A DNA stretch of 64,000 nucleotides from contig JBEPYO010000001.1 in NCBI GenBank assembly GCA_041641295.1, positions 1,408,001-1,472,000 on the forward strand. The letters are read 5' to 3'. The DNA is from Nitrososphaerota archaeon (GTDB taxonomy: Archaea; Thermoproteota; Nitrososphaeria_A; Caldarchaeales; Calditenuaceae). Under the pieces are notes generated by a model. It ran no database searches and had not been told where the DNA came from. It saw only the letters and a program-made list of their open reading frames with translations. The translations under genes were made by a program, and so were the position numbers. This document shows positions 19,758 through 28,290 of this stretch, in pieces (positions within the stretch are counted from its first letter, which is position 1; each line of letters opens with the position of its first letter).

Positions 19758-19964
19758 TCCGCGTACTGAAAGGATTTTTTCGATATACGTCGAGGCTGGT
19801 CAGCATATTGCCTGCGGCTAGGATGGTCTATGTCAGCGGCCCAATCCTTAAAAACCAAACAGGTCCCTCCATGACTGGCTAGGGCTGCCCCGTCTCTTCA
19901 AGGATTAATAGAGGCTTGTTACTTCCTTGTATTGCCGGCGGGTTGGGGTTTGGCTGGCCAGAAT

Positions 19965-20038
19965 GCCGGCGTAGCTCAGCCTGGTAGAGCGCGGGACTCA
20001 TAATCCCGTCGCCGTGGGTTCGAATCCCACCGCCGGCA
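19965..20038 (+). tRNA. tRNA-Met(CAT), probably elongator
   Basis: GCCGGCG acceptor stem, CGGGA-CT-CAT-AA-TCCCG anticodon arm, GGTTCGAATCC; G1:C72 argues against initiator; Ile2 not formally excluded. Confidence 0.93.
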
Positions 20039-20047
20039 TTTTTATTT
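20039..20047 (+). terminator. T-rich tract after tRNA-Met
   Basis: TTTTTATTT directly 3' of the tRNA, typical of archaeal intrinsic terminators. Confidence 0.5.
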
Positions 20048-20108
20048 ACAAAATTCTCCCTGGATATGGGTTTGTGTAAAATATCTTGTCGAGGGTTTAG
20101 TGGCTGGG

Positions 20109-20450
20109 TTATCGTGCGGCGTCTCTTAGGATTGTGGCCAGTTCTTGGGCGTCGAATAGGCTGCCCTGTACCTTGACGCGGCCGGCGAAGAAGAGCTGCA
20201 CCGGGTCTACAGTTCCTTTTATTATTCCTGCAAGGTCGTCGTCTGAGGCTATTATCGTGGCTACAGGGTTGCTTGTCTCACCCTCTCCCACCTTTAAAAC
20301 TCCGTTGACTACCTCGAGATAGAAGGGCGGTGCGTCAGAGGGCTTGAACTGGAAGGTCTTGACCATTCTCGCTGTGCGCATTTTTATCATGGGCTTCTCG
20401 GATGCGAGTGCGACGAGTTCGCGGAGTGCTAACAGAGACTTGTTAGCCAC
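20109..20450 (-). CDS. SCP2 sterol/lipid-binding domain protein
   Basis: TI......L..II.G..DP...F..G..KVQG pattern. Confidence 0.85.
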   Translation of the reverse strand: MANKSLLALRELVALASEKPMIKMRTARMVKTFQFKPSDAPPFYLEVVNGVLKVGEGETSNPVATIIASDDDLAGIIKGTVDPVQLFFAGRVKVQGSLFDAQELATILRDAAR

Positions 20451-20547
20451 GTAGTATTCCGCATCAAACTGGGTATATATTTTTTTGTTATCCTTTGAAC
20501 GCCCGCGGCAATAATCTTAAAAAACATCGGAGTGTGCTGGTTGAATC

Positions 20548-21744
20548 ATGAAGGTTGCCCTAGCCTACAGTGGAGGGCTCGATACAACTGTCTCAATTCC
20601 TTGGTTGAAGGAGAGGTATGGCGCCGAGGTCATAACCGTCACGGTCGATGTCGGTCAGAGCGAGAATTTCGAAGAGATTGAGGAGAGGGCCCTCTCCGCA
20701 GGAGCATCAAAGCACTTTTTCATCGACGCGAAGAGAGAATTTGTTGAACACTATATCAAGCCGTGCATCAAGGCAAATGGACTCTACGAAGACGAATACC
20801 CGCTCGGGACTGCCTTGGCGAGGCCGCTTATCGCCTCGAAGGTGGTGGAGGTCGCTTTGAGGGAGGGATGCGATGCTGTTGCCCACGGATGCACTGGCAA
20901 GGGAAATGACCAGCTGAGGTTCGATACCACGATATCGGTATTGGCGCCCCAGCTGAAAATCATCGCGCCTATCAGGGAGTGGGACCTGAGTAGAGACGAG
21001 GAGATAGAGTATGCGAGGCGTAAGGGTCTGAAGCTGGACTTTAGGCAGAGCAGGTTCAGCATAGACGAGAATCTTTGGAGCCGCTCAATCGAGGCTGCCG
21101 AGCTGGAGGACCCCTGGGTCAAGCCACCCTACGAGGCCTTCAAATACGTTGTCAACCCCCAGCAGGCACCAGACAAGGTTGAGGTGGTTGAGATAGAGTT
21201 TGAGAGGGGGGTCCCAGTAGGGCTAAATGGGCGGGACATGCCGCTAGGCGAGCTGATACATGAGCTCAACATACTTGGAGGGCGCACCGGCTTCGGAATC
21301 ATAGACCACATAGAGGATAGGGCGGTGGGAATAAAGTCGAGGGAGGTCTACGAGGCTCCCGCAGCCCTCATACTCATCAAAGCCCATAAAGACTTGGAGA
21401 AGATAACGCTCAACGGTAAGACGTTATCCTTTAAGGCCTTGGTCGAGAGGATGTGGAGTCAGATGGTCTACCAGGGCTTCTGGCTAGACCCACTCATGGA
21501 CGCGCTCCACGCCTTCATAGATAGCACCCAAGAGAATGTGACCGGGCGTGTGAAGCTGGAGCTTTACAAGGGCTCCGCCAGAATTGTCGGCAGAGTGGCT
21601 GAGAATCCTCTCTACTCCCATGAGATAGCAACATATGCCAAGGGAAGCGTTTTCCAGCAAAGGGCTGGTGAGGGCTTCAGCAAGATCTGGGGACTGGACA
21701 CGGTGATAAGCGCAACGCGGCTAGCCAGGCGAAAAACCGGCTAA
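20548..21744 (+). CDS. argG: Argininosuccinate synthase
   Basis: LAYSGGLDT, HGCTGKGNDQ.RF, SIDENLW and KSREVYEAP. Confidence 0.97.
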   Translation: MKVALAYSGGLDTTVSIPWLKERYGAEVITVTVDVGQSENFEEIEERALSAGASKHFFIDAKREFVEHYIKPCIKANGLYEDEYPLGTALARPLIASKVVEVALREGCDAVAHGCTGKGNDQLRFDTTISVLAPQLKIIAPIREWDLSRDEEIEYARRKGLKLDFRQSRFSIDENLWSRSIEAAELEDPWVKPPYEAFKYVVNPQQAPDKVEVVEIEFERGVPVGLNGRDMPLGELIHELNILGGRTGFGIIDHIEDRAVGIKSREVYEAPAALILIKAHKDLEKITLNGKTLSFKALVERMWSQMVYQGFWLDPLMDALHAFIDSTQENVTGRVKLELYKGSARIVGRVAENPLYSHEIATYAKGSVFQQRAGEGFSKIWGLDTVISATRLARRKTG

Positions 21745-21747
21745 GAG

Positions 21748-22719
21748 CTACTTTTCTCGCCTAAGCCCTTCATGGGGAACCGTCAAGACCTCGGCGGGGA
21801 ACTTAGTTGAGATAATTTTAGCAACCTCCTTGACCCTATTTTGAGGAGCTATCGCTATGACGCAGCCCCCTCCACCAGCTCCAGTAAGCTTTGCCCCCAA
21901 GGCCCCTCCCTTAAGCGCATACTCAACAGCCTCGTCTAAAGTCTTATTCGAGACCCCAATTGTCTTAAGAAGGTTGTGCTGAATCGTAAAGAGAGAACCC
22001 AACCTCTCAAACCTGAGATTCCTCAGGGCGACCTCCATCTCGGAGGCAACCTCATCATTCACCAGTCTAAGCCTGTCGAAGACGTTGATGAACTGCTCTC
22101 TAAGAGTTGAGACCTGCTTAACGATGCTGCCAGTCCTCCTACCCTTCTTCGTGCTTACAAGTATGATGTTAAATTTCTCGCCGACGGGGATAGGTCGCGG
22201 CCTCTCTCCCCTGACATAGGATATGAATCCGCCCGTCAGAGACGCAGCCAAGTCCACACCCGACGCCCTATAATGTATCTCGGATTCAGACACCGAGGCA
22301 ATCTCTAAAATTTCGGACTGACTAGCTTCATGACCAATCGCGGTGAGACATGCAGAGGCTACGGCGAGTGAAACCGAGGCCGAGGAGCCTAGCCCCATCC
22401 CTCGGGGGATTTGGGACTTGATGACGATGGAGAATCCCTTGACGCCATACATCTCGGATATGCGGTCAATCATTATCTTGAGGGGGCGCAGCCTCGTGGG
22501 CGCGCTCTGATCCGAGCTCTTAACCAGCTTGTCTCCCTTCCAGACTGCCGATATCTTTGCGTCCTGCGACTCAATGGATAACAGCGAGTCGTTTCTACGG
22601 GTAACTGTGGCGTAAGCTCTTTTCGGAATCGCACATGCAATGGCCCTGCCTCCGTAGACGACGTAGTGTTCGCCGCAGAAAATGACCTTCGCGGGGGCCG
22701 AGTATGTTACAGACTCCAT
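21748..22719 (-). CDS. mvk: Mevalonate kinase
   Basis: APAKVIFCGEHYVVYG, P.GMGLGSSAS, SGVD and GAKLTGAGGGG. Confidence 0.9.
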   Translation of the reverse strand: MESVTYSAPAKVIFCGEHYVVYGGRAIACAIPKRAYATVTRRNDSLLSIESQDAKISAVWKGDKLVKSSDQSAPTRLRPLKIMIDRISEMYGVKGFSIVIKSQIPRGMGLGSSASVSLAVASACLTAIGHEASQSEILEIASVSESEIHYRASGVDLAASLTGGFISYVRGERPRPIPVGEKFNIILVSTKKGRRTGSIVKQVSTLREQFINVFDRLRLVNDEVASEMEVALRNLRFERLGSLFTIQHNLLKTIGVSNKTLDEAVEYALKGGALGAKLTGAGGGGCVIAIAPQNRVKEVAKIISTKFPAEVLTVPHEGLRREK

Positions 22720-22843
22720 ACTAGTCTCTCTAACCTGCTATTATATCGCCACCAAATATATATTAAATTTTTAGGCTTTAGGCTGGTGAAATATCAATTT
22801 ATCGAATAGTGTTGGACAGGGTTAAAAGTTTTATAATACGCGT

Positions 22844-23944
22844 TTGGAGGACGGGGCAGTGAGCGGCCCTATAGCCTGCCTAGACATAGACTATTTCTAC
22901 GCGCAGGCCGAGGAGCTCCGCAACCCTGCCATCCGGGATAAGCCCGTAGTTGTCTGTGTCTATTCAGGCAGGACACCAGACTCTGGAGTTGTCGCCACCA
23001 GCAACTATGTTGCCAGGCGGTACGGGGTGAAGTCCGGGATTCCGATTAGGCGGGCCAAGGAACTTCTACGCAGCGTGGAAGCCGCCTTCCTCCCGGTTGA
23101 TATGCCCTACTACTCCGAGCTCTCCCGCCAAGTCTTCGAGATAGCTAGCGGATTCGCAGATGTTATTGAGGTGGCGAGTATTGATGAGGCGTTCCTAGGC
23201 CTACAGGAGGTAACGGCGGGCTCCTTCGAAAATGCCTCTAATCTAATGGTGTCCTTGAAAAAGGAGATAAGAGAGAGGGTTGGTCTGACCTGCAGTATAG
23301 GGATTGCGAAGAACAAGCTATTAGCCAAGATGGCTGCCGACGACTCAAAGCCTGACGGGCTGCTCGTTGTGAGACCCGGAACAGAAGCCGAGTATCTAAG
23401 GCCTAAACCCATAGAGGACATACCCTACGTAGGAGCGAAGACGGCCAAAAAGCTCAGGGAGATGGGGATAAATACGATAGGCGACCTCGCCAACACTCCA
23501 TCCGATAGGCTTATCGAGGTTTTCGGATTCAGGGTTGGTCGGTTTATCTACCTCGCAGGCCGTGGCGAGTATTCTGAGCAGGTCACTCCGAGGGGTGAGG
23601 CCAAACAGGTGAGCAGGATGATAACGCTAAGGCGTCAGACTCTGGATGAGGCTGAGATATGGGAGCAGCTGGCGCGGGCTATTCGCGAACTGCATAAAAG
23701 GGTTGTCGAACTGGGCTACGGATTCAGAGGCGTATCCGTAATGGGTGTAACAAGGAGTATGAAGCCGGTTACCAAGAGTATGGCCCTCCCACACCACACG
23801 CAGGAGGTAGCCGAGTTGGAGAGCGTCTCCCGCCACCTCTTAAAGGCCCTGCTAAGCGGTCTCGAGGAGGAGCTTCGAAGGATCGGGGTCCGGGTCTACG
23901 ACCTGAGCAGCGAGCGGGGTCAGAGCAGGCTCACCGACTTTTAA
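22844..23944 (+). CDS. dinB: Y-family DNA polymerase IV (DinB/Dpo4)
   Basis: D.DYFYAQ, NYVAR.YGVKSG, SIDEAF and AKMA....KPDG. Confidence 0.95.
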   Translation: MEDGAVSGPIACLDIDYFYAQAEELRNPAIRDKPVVVCVYSGRTPDSGVVATSNYVARRYGVKSGIPIRRAKELLRSVEAAFLPVDMPYYSELSRQVFEIASGFADVIEVASIDEAFLGLQEVTAGSFENASNLMVSLKKEIRERVGLTCSIGIAKNKLLAKMAADDSKPDGLLVVRPGTEAEYLRPKPIEDIPYVGAKTAKKLREMGINTIGDLANTPSDRLIEVFGFRVGRFIYLAGRGEYSEQVTPRGEAKQVSRMITLRRQTLDEAEIWEQLARAIRELHKRVVELGYGFRGVSVMGVTRSMKPVTKSMALPHHTQEVAELESVSRHLLKALLSGLEEELRRIGVRVYDLSSERGQSRLTDF

Positions 23945-23958
23945 CCAGTATCTTAGTC

Positions 23959-24555
23959 TCAGAAGAGGGTCTCGAGGAGGATGATAAGTCCTGCAGCGGC
24001 TAGTCCCGCTCCTATCATTTGGCCTGCGGTTTTTAGCACATTTATCCCTGCGGCCCGCCCCACTATCGCGCCCGCTGCCAGTAGTAGGGCTGCGGTTACT
24101 GCGAGGGATGATATCAATCCATACACCGCTTCACCTCCCAAGTAGGTTGTTATCATGTAGGGTAGTGAAACGGTAAGCAGTGCTGCTACTGGTGAGAGTG
24201 CATTTACTAGGGCGACAAGAATCACCGCGATAGAGCCCACCTTGGTGTGGAGGGTGTTTCTCAAGGCTGTGAGCGTCGCCAGCTCAAGCCTCCTTATCCT
24301 AGCCTCCTGCTCTGCCTTCTCCGAGATTAGAGCCCCAGTCCACCCCGAGATAACCATGGCAATAACTACTGCGACAACCGTCTGGGCGATAACCCTGAAA
24401 GGGTGGGGACCTGATAGGTGGAGGCCGAAGACAAGTCCGACGCCCACCATTGCGCCGTCAAAGACCTGGAGAGAGAAATACCTTCTAGCAACACCGCGCG
24501 TCTCTGTGACAGCGAACACGGTCTTTAAACGATTGCGGAGCCAGCCGAAAACCAT
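23959..24555 (-). CDS. VIT1/CCC1-like membrane transporter
   Basis: RRYF....FDG and SG..GA..SE.AE patterns; about 5 TM; paired with the DUF211 gene. Confidence 0.7.
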   Translation of the reverse strand: MVFGWLRNRLKTVFAVTETRGVARRYFSLQVFDGAMVGVGLVFGLHLSGPHPFRVIAQTVVAVVIAMVISGWTGALISEKAEQEARIRRLELATLTALRNTLHTKVGSIAVILVALVNALSPVAALLTVSLPYMITTYLGGEAVYGLISSLAVTAALLLAAGAIVGRAAGINVLKTAGQMIGAGLAAAGLIILLETLF

Positions 24556-24564
24556 CGTAGGCCA

Positions 24565-24852
24565 CTACCTCTTCCGCTCTACCTTCTCCACGACAGTTGC
24601 GTCGACGCTGTGTATGGCTCCTCCCAAGGCCTTAATCGCCTCGCCTATCACTTCTACATCAAGGTCATTACCGTCGATGATCAGCTTGACTGTCTCGGTC
24701 TCCGCATCCATCTCGAGGACAGAGGAATCCACTCTCTTTACCCCTTTGACCCCTGCTAACCTCTTACTGAACTCGACAATATCCGGCTGGTGGGGTTTCA
24801 AGACGTCCAATACCAGCCTAGTGATCAGGACACTCTCACGGGCCTCCGACAT
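24565..24852 (-). CDS. DUF211 family protein
   Basis: RLVLDVLKPHQP and GGAIHSVD motifs. Confidence 0.88.
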   Translation of the reverse strand: MSEARESVLITRLVLDVLKPHQPDIVEFSKRLAGVKGVKRVDSSVLEMDAETETVKLIIDGNDLDVEVIGEAIKALGGAIHSVDATVVEKVERKR

Positions 24853-24977
24853 CTACTTGGCAGACACCCATACCCATGAGACCAGACCCATACATATTAG
24901 GATTTTGTATTAATGCTACTAAAATGCGGAAAAAGGGCTGTAATAGCCGTATTTTCAGACATTTCTAGATATTTAAA

Positions 24978-25037
24978 GGGGCTCCGCGCTCAAGATCCCA
25001 ATCATCAACTCAGCCTGGCCAGACACTTCATTGCCCT
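24978..25037 (-). ncRNA. Box C/D guide sRNA (predicted to target tRNA-Leu)
   Basis: Minus strand reads GGGC-A-[C: ATGAAGT]-GTCTGGCCAGG-[D': CTGA]-GT-[C': TGATGA]-TTGGGATCTTGAGCG-[D: CGGA]-GCCC, with a terminal GGGC/GCCC stem and its own BRE-TATA about 25 nt upstream. Confidence 0.78.
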
Positions 25038-25059
25038 AAACACCGCTCACATTTCTCGG

Positions 25060-25073
25060 TTTATAGGTTTTTC
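25060..25073 (-). promoter_or_regulatory. BRE-TATA promoter of the C/D sRNA
   Basis: Minus-strand GGAAAAACCTATAAA positioned about 25 nt before the sRNA 5' stem. Confidence 0.6.
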
Positions 25074-25180
25074 CTACCATTGAGATTGGCCGAGCCATAT
25101 TCGTGGAAGCTCTTCCAAGTAGAGCTGGGCGGAAGTTGTTGGGAATCTTTTTTAATTTAACGGACGCTTAGTTTCTGGGC

Positions 25181-26137
25181 ATGATTACGTTCAGGCAAGT
25201 TATTGAGGCCTCACAAATATTGGAGAAGTATCTTAAGCCCACTCCACTCGTCTATTCTAGGGGTCTCTCGAGGGAGTTGGGCTGTGATGTCTGGGTTAAG
25301 CTCGAGAACCTGAACCCCACACACTCCTTCAAGGTCAGGGGCGGGATTTACTACATGTACAAGATGTTTGAGGAGGTGAAGAGGACAGGTGTTATAACAG
25401 CCTCAATGGGGAATCATGCCCAGTCAATCGCTTATGCTGGAAGCCTATTTGGGGTTGACGTGCATGTAGTGGTGCCCAGCTGGGTATCTGACGTCAAGAA
25501 GGAGTCACTCCAACAGCTCGGCGCCCACGTCATAACATATGGCAACTTCTTCGACGAGGCTGCCCTCTATGCGGAGGCGCTAGCTAGGGAGAAGGGCTAC
25601 CGATACATCCACGCAATAAACGAGACGATGCTCTACCCGGGCGTGGCTACCATGCACCTGGAGGTACTGAGGGAGCTCCCGGGAGTGGATGTGGTTTTCA
25701 ACCCGATAGGAGGGGGCTCCGGCGCAATAGGCGCTTGCATAGTGTATAAGACGGTCGACCCCTCGATAAGGGTGATAGGTGTACAGGCCGAGGGCGCCCC
25801 GGCCTTCTACGAGTCTCTAAAGCAGGGGCGGATAGTCTCGAGGGACAAGGTGGAGACGAGGGCTGAGGGACTCGCTGTGGCCAAGGCATACGAGGTCCCC
25901 TTCTCAATCCTCCGTGGACGGATTGATGATGTCGTGCTTGTCTCGGATGGCGAGATGGAGAGGGCTATAAGGAAGCTCTACCGCCACGTCCGCCAGATAG
26001 CAGAGCACGCAGGCGCGGCAGCCACCGCCGCCGCATACAAGATGAGTAGCAACATAGCGGGCAAGAAAGTTGTATTGATGTTGACTGGTGGAAACATTGA
26101 CGAGGCCCAGATAGCTCGGATACTTTCAGAGAAGTAA
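25181..26137 (+). CDS. PLP-dependent threonine/serine dehydratase (no ACT domain)
   Basis: KLEN.NPTHSFKVRG, ASMGNHAQ, PIGGGSG and TGGN. Confidence 0.9.
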   Translation: MITFRQVIEASQILEKYLKPTPLVYSRGLSRELGCDVWVKLENLNPTHSFKVRGGIYYMYKMFEEVKRTGVITASMGNHAQSIAYAGSLFGVDVHVVVPSWVSDVKKESLQQLGAHVITYGNFFDEAALYAEALAREKGYRYIHAINETMLYPGVATMHLEVLRELPGVDVVFNPIGGGSGAIGACIVYKTVDPSIRVIGVQAEGAPAFYESLKQGRIVSRDKVETRAEGLAVAKAYEVPFSILRGRIDDVVLVSDGEMERAIRKLYRHVRQIAEHAGAAATAAAYKMSSNIAGKKVVLMLTGGNIDEAQIARILSEK

Positions 26138-26160
26138 TAGACGCATAGTCTTCAAGATAC

Positions 26161-27327
26161 TTAGGATGAGGAGACTATCCTGATTGCTAGTGGCTCAAAA
26201 AGCCGCGTCGTAGAGACGTAGATAATATCCCTGTCCTTCACACCAACTTTGGCTAGTACGTCCTCGTCATCTAGTCTCCTCCCAGCGTATAACACTTCAG
26301 GGTCAGGGAATCCGAAGACGGATGCCAGTGTCTCTTTAAGCTTCAAGACCGTCTCATTCAAGTCAAACGAGAACTCGAGGGGGGCTGAGTGGTTTTCACT
26401 ACATACTATACAGTTTGGGTCTCGTGAAATTTTGACGCGGGAGAGGCGAGAGTTGAGGGCGTCATAAACGATGAGGCCTGTTGGCGGCTTTCCGAGACGC
26501 CCTTGATGAAGTATCTGCATGCCAATGGTTGTCATGATTCCGGCTACCACCGAGGCCACAGACTGGACCGCAGGCATAGGTGGCATTAACCGCGAACGCA
26601 ACTCCTCTATCAGTTTTAATATCTGGTCATCAGCCAGCTCGGCTATCATGTCTAGCCTAGTGTACTTTATGTCGTAGATTGTCTTTATATTGAGTTGGAA
26701 GAGCTTCTCAGCCTCCTCCAGCCCCACCGTGATTCCGTGCTCCTTTAGATCGTTGACGAGGTGCTCAGGCCTCCTCCTCTTAAGCGTGCATTCTGCCAGC
26801 TTCTCCTCTCTTGGTATGAGGTTTATGCTCTGGCACTCCAGGCATGCCGTCTTTCTTGGGAAAACCACTTGCACGTTTCCGTAAAACCCGTTCATGGCGC
26901 CGTCCACTAAGGGTTTTTCAAGGCTGACTGCAACGGAGTTCAGCCATCTCCTCGATGCCCAGTTGTCTAGGCATGAGAAGATTATGTCTGTCCTGCCGAG
27001 CACCTCCTCTCCTAGCTCTCTAATGTCTTGGCCGTAGGCCTCGACTGATACGTGGGGGTTGATCTCGCGTAGCCTCTCGGCTGCAACAACAGCCTTTCCC
27101 TTGCCTATGTCTTGGTCCCTGAATAGGAGCTGGCGGCTCAGATTGCTTAGCTCGACGTAGTCGTAGTCGGCGAGTATCAACTTGCCTACACCCATCATCG
27201 CGAGGTTCTTCGCCACTTCACCGCCTATGGCTCCGACGCCAGCAATAAATACGGTTGAGGATAGGAGGATGTTCTGGTCCCACCCCTCTACGCGGAGCTG
27301 CCGGTCGTACCTCTCCATTCCGGTCAT
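26161..27327 (-). CDS. Ubiquitin-activating enzyme E1-like (ThiF domain, catalytic-Cys insert, C-terminal ubiquitin-fold domain)
   Basis: RYDRQ, GVGAIG, D.D.VELSNLSRQ, CLEC...CIVC Zn site, AECTL catalytic Cys, C-terminal ETV..LK...LYAGRRLDD Ub-like fold. Confidence 0.92.
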   Translation of the reverse strand: MTGMERYDRQLRVEGWDQNILLSSTVFIAGVGAIGGEVAKNLAMMGVGKLILADYDYVELSNLSRQLLFRDQDIGKGKAVVAAERLREINPHVSVEAYGQDIRELGEEVLGRTDIIFSCLDNWASRRWLNSVAVSLEKPLVDGAMNGFYGNVQVVFPRKTACLECQSINLIPREEKLAECTLKRRRPEHLVNDLKEHGITVGLEEAEKLFQLNIKTIYDIKYTRLDMIAELADDQILKLIEELRSRLMPPMPAVQSVASVVAGIMTTIGMQILHQGRLGKPPTGLIVYDALNSRLSRVKISRDPNCIVCSENHSAPLEFSFDLNETVLKLKETLASVFGFPDPEVLYAGRRLDDEDVLAKVGVKDRDIIYVSTTRLFEPLAIRIVSSS

Positions 27328-27827
27328 ATCCCGGCAAGCTTCTCTAGGGACCGCTCCTGGGTTGCGTAGAGCCTGATATACTCTCTAACACGGGCCACAA
27401 AACGCTCGGGATATAGCTTCAGTTCCTGGGCTGCCCAGACGTTGAGTGGGTCATCAGGGTTTGGATTGGCGAGTAGGTTCTTCAGAGCCTCAATAACCGA
27501 GACAATATGCATGTTGGGATACCAGTCCTTATTCAGTATTGATTCGCAGATTCTGGCCGGCTCCTCATCCGTGAAGTTCGGATGCCATATCCGGGTGTGC
27601 CAGACCACCTCGGGGGGAACAAATGGGAATGAGCGCGGCAGAATAATCTCCACCACGAAAACCCCCCCATCATACACTCCGGAACCGATAATTATTCCCT
27701 TATAGTGTGTCAGGTCGCCGCCTACGGCGTCGAAGTTGGGCTCATAGTTCCTGATGAGCTGGTATTCTTGGGCCAGCCGCCTGACCCACCTGCTCTCAGG
27801 CAGATACCCAACCTCCGACGCCTCCAA
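27324..27827 (-). CDS. Ubiquitin-conjugating enzyme E2-like
   Basis: RRL..E, G.YDGGVF, FPFVPP, WHPN...IC.SIL (HPN plus catalytic Cys), W.P, NPNPDDPLN. Confidence 0.95.
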   Translation of the reverse strand: MEASEVGYLPESRWVRRLAQEYQLIRNYEPNFDAVGGDLTHYKGIIIGSGVYDGGVFVVEIILPRSFPFVPPEVVWHTRIWHPNFTDEEPARICESILNKDWYPNMHIVSVIEALKNLLANPNPDDPLNVWAAQELKLYPERFVARVREYIRLYATQERSLEKLAGI

Positions 27828-27829
27828 AA

Positions 27830-28066
27830 CTACCCACCAACCGTCCTAGTAATCAAGACTAGCTTATCTCCCTCAGTAACTCCCGCGGACGATATTGTCT
27901 CAGAGTCGCTTAACGCCCTCCCCTTAAAAGTGAGCCTTGCATCCTCCGGCCTCAACTTCTTAATCGCGCAAACCCTCATCTTCACAGCACCGATGCTCGC
28001 GTTGGGCGGGACATCCAGTTCGATCGGTGGGCCACCACCCACCGCAGGAACTATTCTAATCTTCAT
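27830..28066 (-). CDS. Eukaryote-like ubiquitin (78 aa, ends in RTVGG)
   Basis: Beta-grasp pattern ARLTFKGRALSDSETI, C-terminal GG followed immediately by TAG; closely resembles Caldiarchaeum ubiquitin as recalled. Confidence 0.95.
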   Translation of the reverse strand: MKIRIVPAVGGGPPIELDVPPNASIGAVKMRVCAIKKLRPEDARLTFKGRALSDSETISSAGVTEGDKLVLITRTVGG

Positions 28067-28290
28067 ATTTCCCGCATCGCCTACTCCAGTTTATTGGATG
28101 GGCTATAAATAGATTAACTGTAGCGAGTGTGGTGTGCACATATACGTAACAAATACGCGCTCCGAAAAATGTGGTACAGCGTTGGGCTGCCCTTGAAGGG
28201 CTTTTAAAGGAATTGAGGCTTGTGGACCCAAGTGGAGGCCAGAGGGCTTGTAGGTAAGGGGTTTATAGGCAGGTAGTTACATGTTACGGG

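Noticed and set aside
27827-27835. Amber (TAG) read-through fusing Ub to E2, or pyrrolysine insertion
   Set aside because: E2 is in a different frame and no pyl genes or tRNA-Pyl are present in the window.
28067-28290. Possible small RING/Zn-finger E3 gene between Ub and JAMM (Cys codons near 28120-28190)
   Set aside because: No frame gives a plausible start plus a C3H2C3/C3HC4 pattern; the interval is explained by divergent TATA boxes near 28103 and 28262.
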